In this document: positions 1 through 13,820 of the stretch, one piece after another
How the letters are laid out: each line of letters opens with the position of its first letter
How positions within the stretch are numbered: position 1 is the first letter of the stretch
DNA from: Podarcis tiliguerta
Lineage: Eukaryota
NCBI GenBank assembly: GCA_965153285.1
Contig: OZ229112.1
Direction: 5' to 3' (one strand)
Length of the DNA stretch: 64,000 bases
The notes under the pieces: model-generated
Databases searched by the model: none
The model's input: only the letters and a program-made list of their open reading frames with translations
Told to the model about the DNA's origin: nothing
Translations under genes and position numbers: made by a program

Positions 1-20
1 TTGCAATTAGTCCTTAGACC

Positions 21-166
21 CAGTGTTTTTTTCTTTAAAAAAATGTTTAGGGGTACTCTCATTTTCCTACTCAGATTAAAATACTGCCCCTCAATGAGGC
101 CAAACTTAGATTCACAAAATGTTTAGGGGTATGCATACCCCTGTGTCCCCCCAGAAAAAAACACTG
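21..166. mobile_element. hAT-type MITE
   Basis: TIRs CAGTGTTTTTTTC ... GAAAAAAACACTG; 8-bp TSD cttagacc (13-20) / cttaaacc (167-174). Confidence 0.8.
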
Positions 167-907
167 CTTAAACCCATCAATTCCATGAAGTCTTTCTTCT
201 GTCTCCTTAGTCCTCCAAACTAATCCAAAACATTAGGTTACATCCTTCATTCATATTCATTCCTAACTGCTTTGCCCTTTCCCATCACTTTCTCTTGCTT
301 ATTACCTTTGCTTCTTCCCTCCCTCCCTTGCCTTAGTGATCCAAATGGAGACTGTAAGAGCCTCAGGACAAGGGCCTGTCTTTTTGCCTGTCAAACTCTG
401 TAAAATGTCACATAAATGGGTGGTGATGCTATATCATAATGCACTGTCATTAACCCTATCCCCAATGTGAAAAATGGAGAGCAGCATGAAGAACTTAGAT
501 CAGGATACGGCGCAAATAAAAGCTATTTTCTGTGAAGTGCAATTATATTGCTGGAAAAGATGGCAAACTCTGGCTAGACAATCCAGTGCAATATATCATG
601 TGCACAGGGAATAGTACATCCCTGAAACTGGTGATAAAGCAAGGGGGTTGTTTGCTTGTGCAGTGAAAATGGAATGAGGAGCTAAACACAGTCCTCTTGC
701 GAAACTTAAAGAAGGATGTTTATTACCAAGTAACTAGGTATCTGTGCTGCTTGTTGTGGATTACCATAGGCAATTATATACAGGGGTAATAGGTTAAACT
801 CAGAAGAGTTTCGATATCCTGCTGGGACAGTATTAATTAAAGAGATTTTAAAGCAGGAATTAAAAAGTCGAGATAAAGGTATAAAGAGGTATGGGAATAC
901 AGGAAGT

Positions 908-1615
908 CGTCAGGCTGTTGCGTTCAGGTAAGTGTTACTCAAGGCAGTTATAACAGAATTTAATTTACTGTTTAACCCCTTTATTAGACAGGCTGCAGAG
1001 TGAAGCACATAGTCATCTGCAGTGCGCAAAGAGATCAGCAGCAGAACCTCATGGAGAAAGAGCTGAACAGCCAGTGGCTCCACTATGCCACTCTGCTGCT
1101 TCCAGCTAATGATTGGAGCTGCTGAAGCAAGGAATCCAACGTGATGTTGCACAAGCAACTAATGGGTAGCAGACAGACCGCCTCCCTTCTTCCTGGAGCA
1201 TCAGCAGGGCCCTGATCTGGAATATATGCTAGTTATTTCCTCCTCCTCTTTCATAGGGATGGGAAAAGGGAAATGCCGTGCTCCCCAATGGGTGCTGTAT
1301 CTTCTAGTCTGGGCTCAGGCCCACCACTATTTCTGCTCCTGGAAGTGATAGTGGAGGGTCTGGAGCAGAGTTGAGTGCCCACTTGAGAGCAACAGGCCCT
1401 TTGATTCTACAGTCTCCTTTATGGAGAGTTTCTGGAGGTGGCAGCCCAATCTGGGCTGTATCTAGCAGTGAGGCACTGCTGCTCTTCTGCAGGGACCTCG
1501 TCGGGTTTGGGTTTGGGCACAAGCTGGTCCTGACCTAATCATGCCTTATAGAAGTAGTAATGCAGCTAAGGTAGGGCTTCAGGGACACCTGTCCCAGTCT
1601 GACGCAACCCGGACG
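908..1615 (-). mobile_element. Probable solo LTR
   Basis: Imperfect terminal inverted repeats (cgtcaggctgttgcgttcag / ctgacgcaacccggacg); minus-strand CCAAT box and AATAAA (980-985) about 70 bp from the end; no TSD found. Confidence 0.4.
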
Positions 1616-2994
1616 TTGGTGCAAAATAGATATCAAATATCATGGACAACACATTGACAGTGTTAAATGATGTGGTTTTCAGGATGAAACAATTAAGTTT
1701 TCAAGATGGCCGGTGCAAAGCCGGCTTGCTCAAAGAGTGGCACCTTGACAACTTCTGACTGACCTTATACCTGCAGCTTAATAAAGCCTGCCCGGGCATT
1801 AAATATTGCTGAATGGGAAAGAGAAAATTGAAAATATGTGACACTGGAAAAGAGCAGGTATGTGATTTGGGGTAAAAGCAGTCTCTCAGCAGTGATATCA
1901 TGGAATTTCTACAGCAGTACCTTCAAGGTCCATAGGCACTGTCCAGTGGAGAATGAGAGGAAAGACCTTAATACCCTCCCCCAATAATCTTTCAATCACA
2001 GTCACTAAAGATGGCATCCCAAAAGGAAATAAAACCAAGCCCCCTCTGACATCTGCCCCTATAATTCAGGCTCTGGTGCCAAGAATGAAGAAATTATCGA
2101 CAGCATTATGATTCCCAAGGTTTGCATCTTTCCAGCTTTTAAGGTTCTGCAAAATCACTTTGAGCTATTTTAACATTTAGACACTAAAGGGTAAGGGAAG
2201 AAGGATATAACAACAATGACATCCTTTCTGTGTTCAGAACATTTCACAGTATTCCTTACAACAACCCTGAGAGGCAGGCAAATATTTTCCTCATATTGCA
2301 GATGGCAGCTGAGGAATAGTGTTTTGGCCAAGTTTGCCTACTGAATTTGTAGCTGAGGTTTAGTCTGATCCAAAGACTTTTTGACTCCCAGATCACATTC
2401 TCACCAGTCACCATGTTTCTACAACACTGATAGATGCTAATCTGTGTTCAGATAAAGAGTGTACTATATCAGATAATAATATCTGTCATCTTCTTTACAG
2501 AGACAAATAGCTTACAAGCGAAAAATCAGCTCTTGGGGGCAAGGCTTTATCTCAAGTCGGATCTTTCTGGATTTGTGTTAAACTAAACAGTTATGCAACA
2601 GTTATGCCAAAAACCAAAATCCTCTTTGTCTAAAAGCAAATTTATAGCCCTTCAACTGGTAGAGGAGTTTAGTGCACAGTATTACAACAACATAAGCTGA
2701 GGTCTAAAAAAAGAAAAGAAAATAAATTGTGCCCTTGGTATCTTTTATTCATTGTTAAGACTAATTTAAGATTGCAAGAGAGGGAGGCAGACTGGTTAAT
2801 TGTTTAAGACCTGGGACTTGCAATACTGCTCTCAGCTCAGACAAAAGTAATGGAGGGGATCCAGGGAGAACAGAGAGCACTGAAAAATGTAGGGAAGATG
2901 GGGAAGTGGACATGGAGCAGGTTGTCTCAAAAAAAGGGGTTACTCTGCATAACCAAAGACATGCAGGTCCTGGATGATATTGAACAGGTTAGCT

Positions 2995-3290
2995 ATTTAT
3001 TACTTTTCATTTAATTTTCTTTCTTTATATACCACTCAATGCCAAAATAGAATTCTAAGAGGTTTACAAAGTGTAAAAACCAGATGATACAAACCAGTGA
3101 AATACAAATGTCCATAATTAAAATATACACAACAAAACAGTACAGCAGTTGAAAAGTTGAGAGATATGGAAGTGCCTGGGTAAACAAAAGCCAGTGATAT
3201 GCCAATGCAGATGCGGCGTATTTCAGCAGGGAGCACATTCCATAGCACCAGTGCTGCTACTGAAGAAGCCCCCCTCTGTGCTGCCACAAT
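2995..3290 (-). mobile_element. Old L2-type LINE 3' fragment
   Basis: AT-rich tail plus degenerate L2 3' motif (ggagcacattccatagcaccagtgctgctactgaagaagccc). Confidence 0.5.
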
Positions 3291-4059
3291 GACTTACAAC
3301 AACTAGCAATTTGTTTGTGTCTCTGTGCGATTTTGTTTCCTATGTCCATTATTCTTGCCACCTCTGTATTTGCAATAGTTTCGGTATCTTTGAATTTGCA
3401 CTCTGAAAGGAAGTGAAATCTGACCCCTTGGGGGAGGAGACACATATTCCTGCATTCCAATAGCTTGGGTAAATCACCTACTTCTCCTCAGTTTCCCCCT
3501 TCTGCAAAATGGGACTGTTATCCTCAGGTGTGGCTTGTGAAAATTAAGCAGCCTTTACAACATTTGGGAGATGCAAAGAGCTGGTGCAGTCCTTTGAGAA
3601 TGCAAAGTTCTGAGTCCTAGCAACAGTTCAGGTATTCTTGGATTTAGTATCTTAGACACATACTGCAGGTTTTTTATCTGCTGTTTGTCTACTGTTGTGT
3701 GGCGTGTTTGAAGTGTGTAAAATTAATTACTTTAAAAAAAGAAGAAGAAGAAGACTAGTCCTGTGGGGAACGGGAAAAGCAGAAAGTCTGAGTTTAATTC
3801 AAATGCAATGGAAGAGAGTGATTCTACAGAGAGAAGTAGGTACAACAGAGTCACTAATGGAATTTTGCTGTTTCCCCACTGCAGGGTGTGGGGGACAATG
3901 CTCTCCGCCATGCACTGACTGAAGGAAGGTCAGAAGAGCTTTTGTTAAAGCATTATGTACATTCTGGAATGCAACGTGTGTTGTGTGTTGTGTGTTTTCT
4001 TTATTTATTCTATATTCAGCTCAATATCTTTAATTTAGTGAGTTCTATACCAGGACACA

Positions 4060-4412
4060 GGGACGTGGGTGGCGCTGTGGGTTAAACCACAGAGCCTAGG
4101 ACTTGCTGATCAGAAGGTCAGCGTTTCCAATCCCCGTGACCGGGTGAGCTCCCATTGCTCAGTCCCTGCTCCTGCCCACATAGCAGTTCGAAAGCACGTC
4201 AAAGTGCAAGTAGATAAATAGGTACCACTCTGGCGGGAAGGAAAACAGCGTTTCCGTGAGCTGCTCTGGTTTTGCCAGAAGTGGCTTAGTCATGCTGGCC
4301 ACATGACCCGGAGGCTGTACGCCGGCTCCCTCGGCCAATAAAGCGAGATAAGCACCGCAACCCCAGAGTCGGCCACAATTGGACCTAATGGTTAGGGGTC
4401 CCTTTACCTTTA
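4060..4412 (+). mobile_element. Sauria SINE, full length (subfamily A)
   Basis: Head gggacgtgggtggcgctgtgggttaaacc, (ACCTTT) tail; TSD ctataccaggacaca / ctgtaccatgacaca. Confidence 0.9.
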
Positions 4413-4507
4413 CTGTACCATGACACAGGCCCTACTAACAGATTGTTGAAGTAAAGAAAATGGAAGAATACATTTTTATTCAATACAAGTAAACATGGAC
4501 TATAATT

Positions 4508-4510
4508 ACA

Positions 4511-4562
<52 letters not shown>
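4508..4562. repeat. Compound (AC)n(AG)n microsatellite
   Basis: Directly visible. Confidence 0.95.
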
Positions 4563-4563
<1 letters not shown>

Positions 4564-4624
4564 TCATAAATATAAATACACAACATCAACATCAATATAA
4601 ATACACAATATAAAGGAAGAAACA

Positions 4625-4797
4625 TAGCTATCAGTAGTAGTGCATCTGCTCCACATGCAGAAGGTCCCTGGTTTAATTCTCAGCATCTCCAGCTAGGGCT
4701 GGAAGTGTCCCCTGCCTGAAACCTTGGAAAGCCAATGCCAGTCTGCATAGATAATAATACTGAGCTAAATGCAACAATGCAGGTTCCTGTGTTCCTA
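4625..4797 (+). mobile_element. Squam3-like tRNA-derived SINE
   Basis: tRNA-like head (tcagtagtagtgcatctgc...cagaaggtccctggtttaattc) and tail gttcctgtgttcct; related copies at 36535-36740 and 63670-63831. Confidence 0.7.
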
Positions 4798-5287
4798 AAT
4801 CTAACCTACATATTCCTATTTTAAATAAACTCCAAACTATTGACTCAAAGCAGGCATAAACAGTAGCAATAATTAATACAGTAATATCCTGCCATTCAAC
4901 CGACTATGTCATCATACAACAGAGAAGTAATTAATTTTAATCTTATAGCCAACCTTCAAAAAGTCAATAAAAGGTTGCCACGCTTCCTCAAATTGAGCTT
5001 TTAATTGTCTCCCGTCACTAAATCTCATACCTTCGGTTAGTTTAGAGAACTGTACTATTTTCCATGTACAAATTGTTAATATTTTCTCATTTTCTGCTGT
5101 TTACAATTTGGCTGCTGTGAAAGAAATTAGTCAAGAAATAATTTTTTTTGAAAGGAATATGACCATCGTCACATTCAAAAAGCACCTGTCATCCTATGAA
5201 TGTATCTCTCTACTTGATTCTAAAATTGTTTAACTCTGGGATACTGCCACTACATATAGCGTTAATACACTGAGACACTGCCAGGAC

Positions 5288-5426
5288 AGTGATGGCTAAT
5301 CTGTGCCCCCTCCCAGATGCTGCTGGACTACATTCCCCATCCTCCTTGACCATTGGCTATGCTGGCTGGGGCTGATGGGAGTTGGAGTCCAACAACACCT
5401 GGACAGCCACAGGTCAGACACCCCTG
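5288..5426. mobile_element. Palindromic hAT-Charlie/URR1-like MITE
   Basis: ccagatg..ggactaca..cccat / atgggagttg.agtccaaca arms; right flank ttctagaa (NTCTAGAN target). Confidence 0.75.
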
Positions 5427-6564
5427 TTCTAGAACCATTTTTTCAAAATATATATTTATATTCTCGGTATATCTTGTATTGAGTCCGACTATCAAACCCA
5501 GAACTGTCAAGGAGGGGGAACCTGTGTCCTTTCAGGTGTACAAATCCCCATCATCCCTGGTCATTGACCATGATAAGGTTCTTTCCTAACCTTGAGATCC
5601 TTTAATAGGAGGTGTCAGGAGACGAACATAGAACCTTACACAGTCCAGGTCTGGGCTCTGCAATTGGGTTGCAGCCACTTATGATGCTAGAAACATATTT
5701 GGGAAAGGTTGCTGATCCAGGAAAAGCTGAGTTGTCACTTAGGCATGCTGTGAGACATCCACATGGTCTCTACAATGCACAAGAATAACAAGATAATTGG
5801 AAACTCAAGACTGGCTTCAACATGGATTTTTTAAAAGGAGAGAAATATGAACTGGCACATAGAAAAAGGCACACTATTAACACCCAGCAGATTACACAGC
5901 AGAAAACTAGCATGATTCCTGGCATCTGCTAGAAAACCCCAAGCCTCAGGCTGAAGGGTTGATGTGCATTCCCTAGTAGTAATACCTTCCTCTCTGGTTC
6001 ATTAAATGCAGGGGATGCTAGCAAGGAGCCGGGATCTTTGCTTCCAGAGCCAAAATTGTCCAGTTGTGAAATCCTGCATAACTGGTATACAGAGGCAAGA
6101 TATTGCCTGAGAAATCACCAAGTGGAGCAGTGGAGGGGAGTACTTCATTTTGTGCCAAGGCCCCCGGTAGTAGCTAAGGCAAGGTGAGAAAGGAACAAGG
6201 GAAACCAAAATGTCTCCAGACACTGGGACATTTGCTTGTTTTCTACCGATGGCTGTTCCAAGCTTGCTCCGCTGCCAGATTGTCCGTCTGCAGGGTGTTC
6301 TAACAGCATATTTGTGTCCCTGCTGCTTGTGATGCTGGCAACTACTCAAGGGCTATAACAGAAGCTATTAAAAAGATTGCTCTCAATAATTTAAAAGCCA
6401 GCTCTACAGCTTAATAAATTCAGAGTTGGAGGGGGATCCTTTCTTAAGCACATGCAATTAAACAAACAGTCCTAGACTCAGCTGCTTCGCACAAAGCCCT
6501 CTTGCTGGGAAGCCTTTTGTACCAGGAACTGAATGCCACCGTGAGCTTTCAGGAACGGCCAGTA

Positions 6565-6712
6565 GAATGAAAAATTATGCACGGTGTGGAAAAAGTGGAT
6601 AGGGAGAAGTTTTACTCCCTTTCCCATAGTATTACATCTCAGGGCCATACAACGAAGTTGAATGTTGGACGATTCAGGACAGACAAAATAAAAGTACTTC
6701 TTCACAAAACAC
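6565..6712 (+). mobile_element. CR1 LINE ORF2 3' fragment
   Basis: KIMHGVEKVDREKFYSLSH..T.QGH..KL...RFRTDK.KY peptide typical of the CR1 C-terminus. Confidence 0.8.
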
Positions 6713-7044
6713 CCAGGGCTTATCCACACTTCCCCTTGTCCCGCTACTTTTCCCTTAAGAAAAACCGCTCTTAGAACCCAGTTGGAGCAAATGGCAATTT
6801 GGGTGGTCTAATAGGGTGCAAGGCAGAGAGGCCAACAGAATGGGGAACCAGAGCCAACTAATTCTAGTCTGGCCCTCATCCAGCCCCCTACTGTGTTCTG
6901 ATAATGGCAGCTCTAAGACTACAGAGAAGGAAACTAATAGCCGGTGCTATAGTATCCCTTAGGTTTGGGAAAGGTACTCACTGTGTGAGGAAATCTTGCA
7001 TTGGGTCTCCCCAAACAGCAGCAAGAGTCAGGAGAACTTCAATA

Positions 7045-7270
7045 CAGTGGTACCTTGGGTTAAGAACTTAATTCGTTCTGGAGGTCCGTTCTTAACCTGA
7101 AACTGTTCTTAACCTGAAGCACCACTTTAGCTAATGGGGCCTCCTGCTGCTGCAGTGCCACCGGAGCACGATTTCTGTTCTCATCCTGAAGCAAAGTTCT
7201 TAACCCGAGGTAATATTTCCGGGTTAGCGGTGTCTGTAACCTGAAGCGTCTGTAACCTGAGGTACCACTG
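7045..7270. mobile_element. Tc1/mariner-pogo (Tigger-like) MITE
   Basis: TIRs CAGTGGTACCT / AGGTACCACTG flanked by TA on both sides. Confidence 0.88.
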
Positions 7271-9229
7271 TAGTTGTTTTTCTTATGTATGAACAGCAAC
7301 ACAACACCTAGTTAGTTGCTAGCTGCAGCACAGGCAAAACTAAGGTTCCCACTGGTTCCTACTGACTTATGGAGGGAGCCATGTGCAGAAAGGAAAGGAG
7401 AGTTTCAACTACACATCAGGCATGTCTCTTAAAAAGAGAGGCCACATACATTTTGAGTGCCACACCCTGGACTGGATGCAAGTAAGAAGGCAGGCAGACT
7501 GCGGTTCCACCAAGGGCAGACTGTGGTTGGCAGGGTAGAGCCATGTTTGCCCAAATGGAGAAGCCTGCACTGCCTTGGGCTGAAAAAGGTTCTCCACCTC
7601 CACCTTACATCCTGTGGAATTCAGATATCCTTTTGGGAAATGTTCAGTCCTCTGCACATCTTCAGCTGTTTGGGAACAGCCAACTGCTACATTTGTTCAT
7701 TTCTGGCTCTGCTTTTTCTCATTAACCTCCAGCACATTGAAACCTGAAAGCGGAGTTTTGAGCTCCAAGCCCAAGAGCTTTGCAATTTGAATTCGCTGTT
7801 GCCACCTTGGAAGCTGGGGCCTGAATTGCCTTTGGAAGCAGGTGGGCTTGTTGGCCAGTTCAGCAAGAGAAGAAGCAGCTATGCACGAACCTGGCAGCTG
7901 AGACATGACCAGAATGGGGAAAGATGGAGATGCTAGCGCAGCATGCAGGCACCACAGAGCTGAAGAGCATTTGCTCCTTTCTGCTTGGCAAAGAAACCCT
8001 GACAGGCCTGATTGGTCTGGATCCAGATCTGAACACAAAGCCGCTGGGTCTGCCTTGATGCTCTTGTTGCGCATTTCTGTGCTGCTTCCCTGCTGTTGCA
8101 CTCTGTTTGCCACCAAGCCTTGACAGCTCCCCCAACCTCAGCAGGGCTCTTAATGTCATTTCAAGGACTGGCCATTGGAGGCTGAAGCTAACTAGCTTGG
8201 CTCATTGTTGTCCTTTCATTGGGTTGCAAAGCTTTGGCACAGGAGAGCTCATTTGTATGTCATTCAAACCCTACTAGCTTGTGCCTTTCAGAGCTTCAAT
8301 CCCAAATTAGAAAATCAAAATGTGTGCCTTGCACGCAGGGACCTTTTGTCACTACCTCTTGCCTTCCATGCCAATGTGTCCCTGTAGTTTGCTTATGCCA
8401 CATTTGCAGCATAAGGCCTGACTGGAAAAAGACACTCCGAAACAATAAGGGACAGGCATCTGTGCCTAAATGTGTGCCATACAGACTCCTAGATGGTCTC
8501 AGTCCCTGAGCCAGCAGTGGAAAATTGGGATGCTTACAGATGACTTGTTTACTGAGCATCATTCTGATTTGTTTGCCTGGATGTTACATGATGCTGCGTC
8601 AAGCAAGTGTATTCTAATGTATATCCCCATCACTTTCTTTATTGCAAAATGGCCGATCTTTCGGGGGCAGCTGGTTTGTTGTGCAAGACCTCCAGATCAA
8701 CTTTAATTGCACAACCTGAATTTGCCGGTATGTTATAGAATCCCACCTGAGAATAGTGGCCATCTGGAAGTGCCCTTGGGCTCATTTGGACATACCAAGA
8801 ATCACAAACAGTGGGTTTTCCCCGCCAAGCATTTCCTGAGTTTGGAAACTCCCAGGTCTAAGATCCAGCTCTCATTCTTTTTTCATTTGGCACCTTGATG
8901 AACTCCAGCTTTTGTTTTGGACCCCATCCCACTCTTATCCTTATAAGATGGGGCTTCTATAGGCTGAGCAAGGTGACTGAAGAGACATTGTCAAAGAGGG
9001 ATGTTAATACAGATAACATAAATCTGCAGCTCCACTCAGAAGTTAAGTCTTGTTGAATTCAGTGGGGCCGTGGGTTTAGGATTGCATCCTACGTTTCCAG
9101 CAGGCTGCTACAGCATCTATTCAGCAGTGCCACCTTTCACCCTGGCTGAGTGAGCTGGCAGGCCTTAGGAAGGGGCAGTTCCTCCACCACCACTACTTTG
9201 GGATTGCTCAGGTCCTCTTTTTAATAGCT

Positions 9230-9520
9230 ACCCTATACTAATTGTTCTCTGAATGATGATCGGACATAGTAAAAACAGTATTAAATCACAATTCCACACA
9301 GATACAAACAGCAGCACTAACAAAACAATCACATGAAAAAGTAAAATATAACACATATCATAAAACCAGCCATTAGGAGCACGGAATTTAAAATAAAAAG
9401 GTCTTGGCATCAAATGGCATTAAAGTGAGTGCCAGACGAAGCTCTCCTGCGAGGGCACTCCATAAGCAAGGGGCCACTGCTGAGAAGGCTTTCAGGGGTG
9501 AGTCAAGAAAGCATATGGAA
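9230..9520 (-). mobile_element. Old L2 LINE 3' fragment
   Basis: Minus-strand peptide KAFSAVAPCLWSAL..ELRLA..L..F. Confidence 0.65.
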
Positions 9521-10393
9521 AGGAGGGTGTGAGTGCAGAGGAGGTGCATCATTGCACAGATGCCCTGTGTATGGCAGAGGAAGCCTGAGGCCTGGGGAAA
9601 GCCCACCCTCCTCTTTTTGGGCAATTTCACCCGCAGGGTGCTCATGCTCTTTCAGATGAATCTCTACAGCAATTGACGGGGAGTATTTCAATCAGAAACC
9701 CATCTCCTTTAAGGACTGCTTTGGGGGATGAGCTGGAAAAGCAACCAGCAATCTGCTTCCTGAGGTGGAACAATAATGGGGCCAAGGAATCCTGTTGGAG
9801 AAAGAGCAAGCGAATCCCTCAAACACAGCCTGGAGCAGGGAAAACAACAGTACAGCCTCTTGAAGTGCCAGCCAATTCCACTCTCAGGCTCTCTACAATA
9901 ATAGCAACTCTGCCTCCTACTCTACTCTCCCCTGACAATCAGCTAGTGAGGAAACATTATCTTATCCGTGAACTGGATTCTAAACCACAGTAGATGGAGC
10001 CCGCTGAACTCTATGTACTTGTGTCTGTGTATATTACTTTGCTCCCCTCTGATTAACTGGTTTGGTACAGAGCTGTTTGAACGCTCTAGCATTGCAATAG
10101 CATCACGAGGAATCAAAAGCACATACCAGAATGGCCTTGTCTATGTATGCACTGATAAGGTCTGGCTACCGTATATGTGTGGCGAGAACTTAATGAATCC
10201 AAATAAATGCCTTTAACACACTGGGACCCACAGGCTGCTCTGGTAAAAACAGACTTGCACAATTCGTGACCTCCTCTTTCACTCGAGCCAAATGCAATTC
10301 ACTAGCTGTTGTGGCCTGTCAGGGGCTTGACAACTCTGTCCCCTAGCCCATTTTTGCAGACTCGTTCAGGCAGCAAAGCCAAGATGGTTACTT

Positions 10394-10482
10394 AGGCTGC
10401 ACCTTTACCTATGTCAATTCAGAAGTCCTGTTGAATTTAATGGGGCTTACTCACAGGAACATGGGGTTAGGATTGCAGCCTA
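10394..10482. mobile_element. Short palindromic MITE (aggctgca...tgcagcct family); relatives near 9025-9091, 13676-13730, 16950-17030, 17502-17590
   Basis: Terminal inverted aggctgca / tgcagcct and internal palindrome gtcctgttgaatttaatggggc. Confidence 0.6.
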
Positions 10483-13282
10483 GGTTTCCAGCAGGCTGCT
10501 ATCACCTAGTGGCAGCAATTCCATCAGGCTGAAGCAGGAAAAGAGAAGCAGGGCCAAGGCATTGGCTATATTGAGTTGCCAGCTCCTTTTAGTTCCTCCT
10601 CTCGCTGAACTGTTTCCATCCCAGTGGGTTGTTATAAGAACTATGCATCTTTAGAACTGTTGCCTGAATCTGCTTTTTAAACTCTCCCTCCCCATCTTTT
10701 GTTCTTTTTGTGTTTTGGCTTTTAGACTGCAACCCTGGGAGCAGGAAGGAACTTTCCCCCCTTTAAAAAAAATATATGGGAGCCTTTTCTGCTGAAGAGT
10801 GGATTAAAAATGCTTTTATTAAATTAATTAATGTCAACTGAGCAGCATTCTATCACTGCAATTACTTGGAGAGGGCAGGTGAACAGACGATAGCAAGAAG
10901 AAAAAACTGCAGGACTAGGGTGCAGCAGAGACTGACAATTGCTTCCTTGCAGAAGCGTGGGCCTTGGGAGGTGGCCCAGAAATCCCTACCTCTGATGCCA
11001 GCCCAGTGCAGAAGCCTGTTTACTACCATCCAACAAAGCAAGCACAACAAAACCATGAGTGAGCAATACAAAACAGCAAAACAAGCAATAGACAACCATG
11101 AATCTGAAACCTGGAAGAAGCCTGGAAGAAACAGTCATGCCTGATCCCTGTTTGAATCCAAGGCTGGGGCTATGAGAGAAGCAAGACTATCTTGGGGGTG
11201 TTAATGCATTTAGCATGAACTCTGGAGGCTAAGTTTGGTCAGAATCGAGTATACACTTCCAGGGTTAATGCTAAATTACTTCTGCTAAATGAGCTACCAT
11301 AGCTGCTAGAGGGGACATGAAAATTTGGGTCCTGGGTGTTTAAAACCTATCTACCCATGTACTATCTGAAATAGGGGTGCATTGGTTGCCAGATGTGATA
11401 TCCCCCCCCCCCAGCTCTCCTACCCTCTAGATAAGTCACGGCAGGCCTTTTAAATAATTCTCTGGGCTTTGCCTGAACTCCCCGAGTTTGGTCCCAGTGG
11501 GGTACAGGAGATGAGCAAAGCCTTAAGTGTGTTCTGTATTGAATTCAGGGTCTTGTTTGGTTGTCCCAAAGGGCAGCCAATGGTTTGGAAGGAAACTCCT
11601 CCAGAAGAAAGATTATCACCCTTTGCTAACCTGGTGCCCTCCAGATGCTTGCCACCATGACTCCCAGAAGTCCCAGCAGGCACACCCATGCCAGGACAGG
11701 CCAGCTGCAGAAATGATGCAAACTATTTTTGAATAGGATGTGATGCCAAGTCGCCATGTCTTGTTTTCCCTTACGCTTTCAAAACCAGTTTCCAGTTCTC
11801 CTCGTTTGTGCCGTAGAAAGCTGCAGCAGCCACAGCAGTGTGCTTAGCCTGGTAAATAATGCATACAGTCCTCACCGCTATGCAGACAGACAAAGGCAGG
11901 TAGTGTATCAAAGAGTAATATTGTACTGCAAATTGCAGCGTAATAGCAGTAATTTAGTGCCCTGTAGGTGATCAGGGATTCAGAAAGTACCGTAGCCCTA
12001 TGATCTGTGCTGACTGGCAAGGTGACTGGAGGCATAGCGTGGAGTTTGACCTTTGGATTGTCTCCAACCTAAGCGAAGCCATAAAAAATTCACAAGACCA
12101 TGCTGTCTCCCAGAAAATGGGTGGTGGGACAGATAAATAGGTTTTTAGTTAGCATACTAGTATGGATAAAGTCAGAGGATGAGATAGGGAGGATCCACAC
12201 AGCATACAATGCACATTCTATATCCATCATCTCCCAGTGTATTGATCTATTTATTCCCATGCAGCTTATTCTAGTAAGTGCACAGAGATAATAGAAAGAA
12301 AAATTGCTCAAGAATCAAGTTAGTTAGATAAGGGCTGGGCCTAGAGTGGCTGGAGGTTTGTCTAGATTATTTCCTATTACTTGCAGGCTTGACTGAGAAG
12401 AGAGTTTTTCCATTAGGGCTCTGGCAGGGTGCTAGCTGGGGGATTTTCTCAATTAATTTCACAAGCAGGCATATGGATAATGATCTGTCAGTGTGCATGT
12501 GGGTGGTGGAGGTGAAATTTCAGCCTGCCATGGCTTCATGGACTGGAGGGCATTAACATTCTTCGCCAGGTTCCCATTTTCCAGCACGTTTGTCACTGTT
12601 GATCATTCTGGTAGTAGTCATCCTGAGCTGGAGAAATGATATCAGGAGAAATATGCTATTTTCAGGCTCCCTACTAACTTCTTGATCAGAGGCAGCTGGA
12701 AGCGCCGAGCCATGCGTTCCCATGGAGCTCAGCAAAGAGACCTGGAAGGATGTAATCACTCGGCCCATTTAGGAAATTCGAAACTACCCTGGGTTTGCAA
12801 AAAGCTGTCACTTTGCATTTGCAGAGGGGGCTTTAGTATGCAGAAGCCCCTTCTGGTTCTCCAACTTGCCATACTCCTCTCACACCACACCAAGGCTCCT
12901 TCCACCAAAAGCAGGGGAGGTGTCACAGTGATTCCTGGACTGTATCACTTCAAGCGCAAACCTCAGATTTCAATGCTTCTTGGTGGGGGAGCTGGGGTGG
13001 GGTGAGGAATCCTGCATATTCAAAACTAGTGTTATCAGGCACAAGCCTAGCCTTTAACTTTTCTTTGTGACATCTGTTTTTTTCTACCTGCGGGAATATT
13101 AATAATAAACAAGACTTCATATGGAGGGGCATTCATTTAGCCAGCCTGCTGCCTAAAGCGGCAATGTCCGGGAACAGTTTTATTGCTTGCCGTTCATGGG
13201 ATCCACATATGAGAGGGCCTGGCATGGAGAGAAGGAACCAGTAGCTGATTATTTTTGCATAAATTGGACAAGGGGTTGCTAT

Positions 13283-13444
13283 GCTGGATTTTTGGCAAGG
13301 AAGAAGCGCAACTGATCACTGCTTCGTGCTCATCCGTTTGATTCACAAAAGTCTGAGATGGGTGGAAGCTTTTATGTGGCTTTCATGGATTTAACTTCAG
13401 TATTTGACTTAATAGACAGTGCCAGTGGTCATTTGTGGGATAAA
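13283..13444 (+). mobile_element. Degraded LINE reverse-transcriptase fragment (RTE-X-like)
   Basis: With frameshifts reads AGF..GRSATDHCFVLIRLIHK..GSFYVAFMDLTSVFDLID...LWDK (RT domains 2-3). Confidence 0.7.
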
Positions 13445-13820
13445 TAATCACATACCAATATAGGTAACCTTATTCACATACTTGATTGTGGACACCAAGC
13501 TGTTTCTTTTATTAGACAGACCATTTGTCCTTGCTTCTTTGAAGCAAGGAAGGCTTGAGACTGGCAAATTGAAACTCCCTTGCTTATCTGGTCATCCTCA
13601 TCCTATTTGGTATATATTATACATATATTAGGTATATTTTCTGCACTTTAGTATATAGCCGAAGTCATTCAAACAGCTCAGTCCTAAACATGTTTATTCA
13701 GAGTTAATTGTGCAGAAGATTGCAGCCTAAGAAAAACATTTTCCCGCATTTGCAATTCACATGAAAATCCTTCACTGAACAAAACGTACATGCCACATCA
13801 GCAATGGTTTTCTTCCATCC

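Larger units (their letters stand above)
4470..5260 (-). mobile_element. Degenerate L1/Tx1-type LINE 3' fragment, interrupted by a microsatellite and a SINE
   Basis: Minus-strand peptides TAAKL and FEEAWQPFIDFLK resemble the L1-clade ORF2 C-terminus; AATAAAA near 4475. Confidence 0.5.

Noticed and set aside
4625-4700. tRNA gene
   Set aside because: The A/B-box-like head continues into a SINE body; no complete cloverleaf or Pol III terminator
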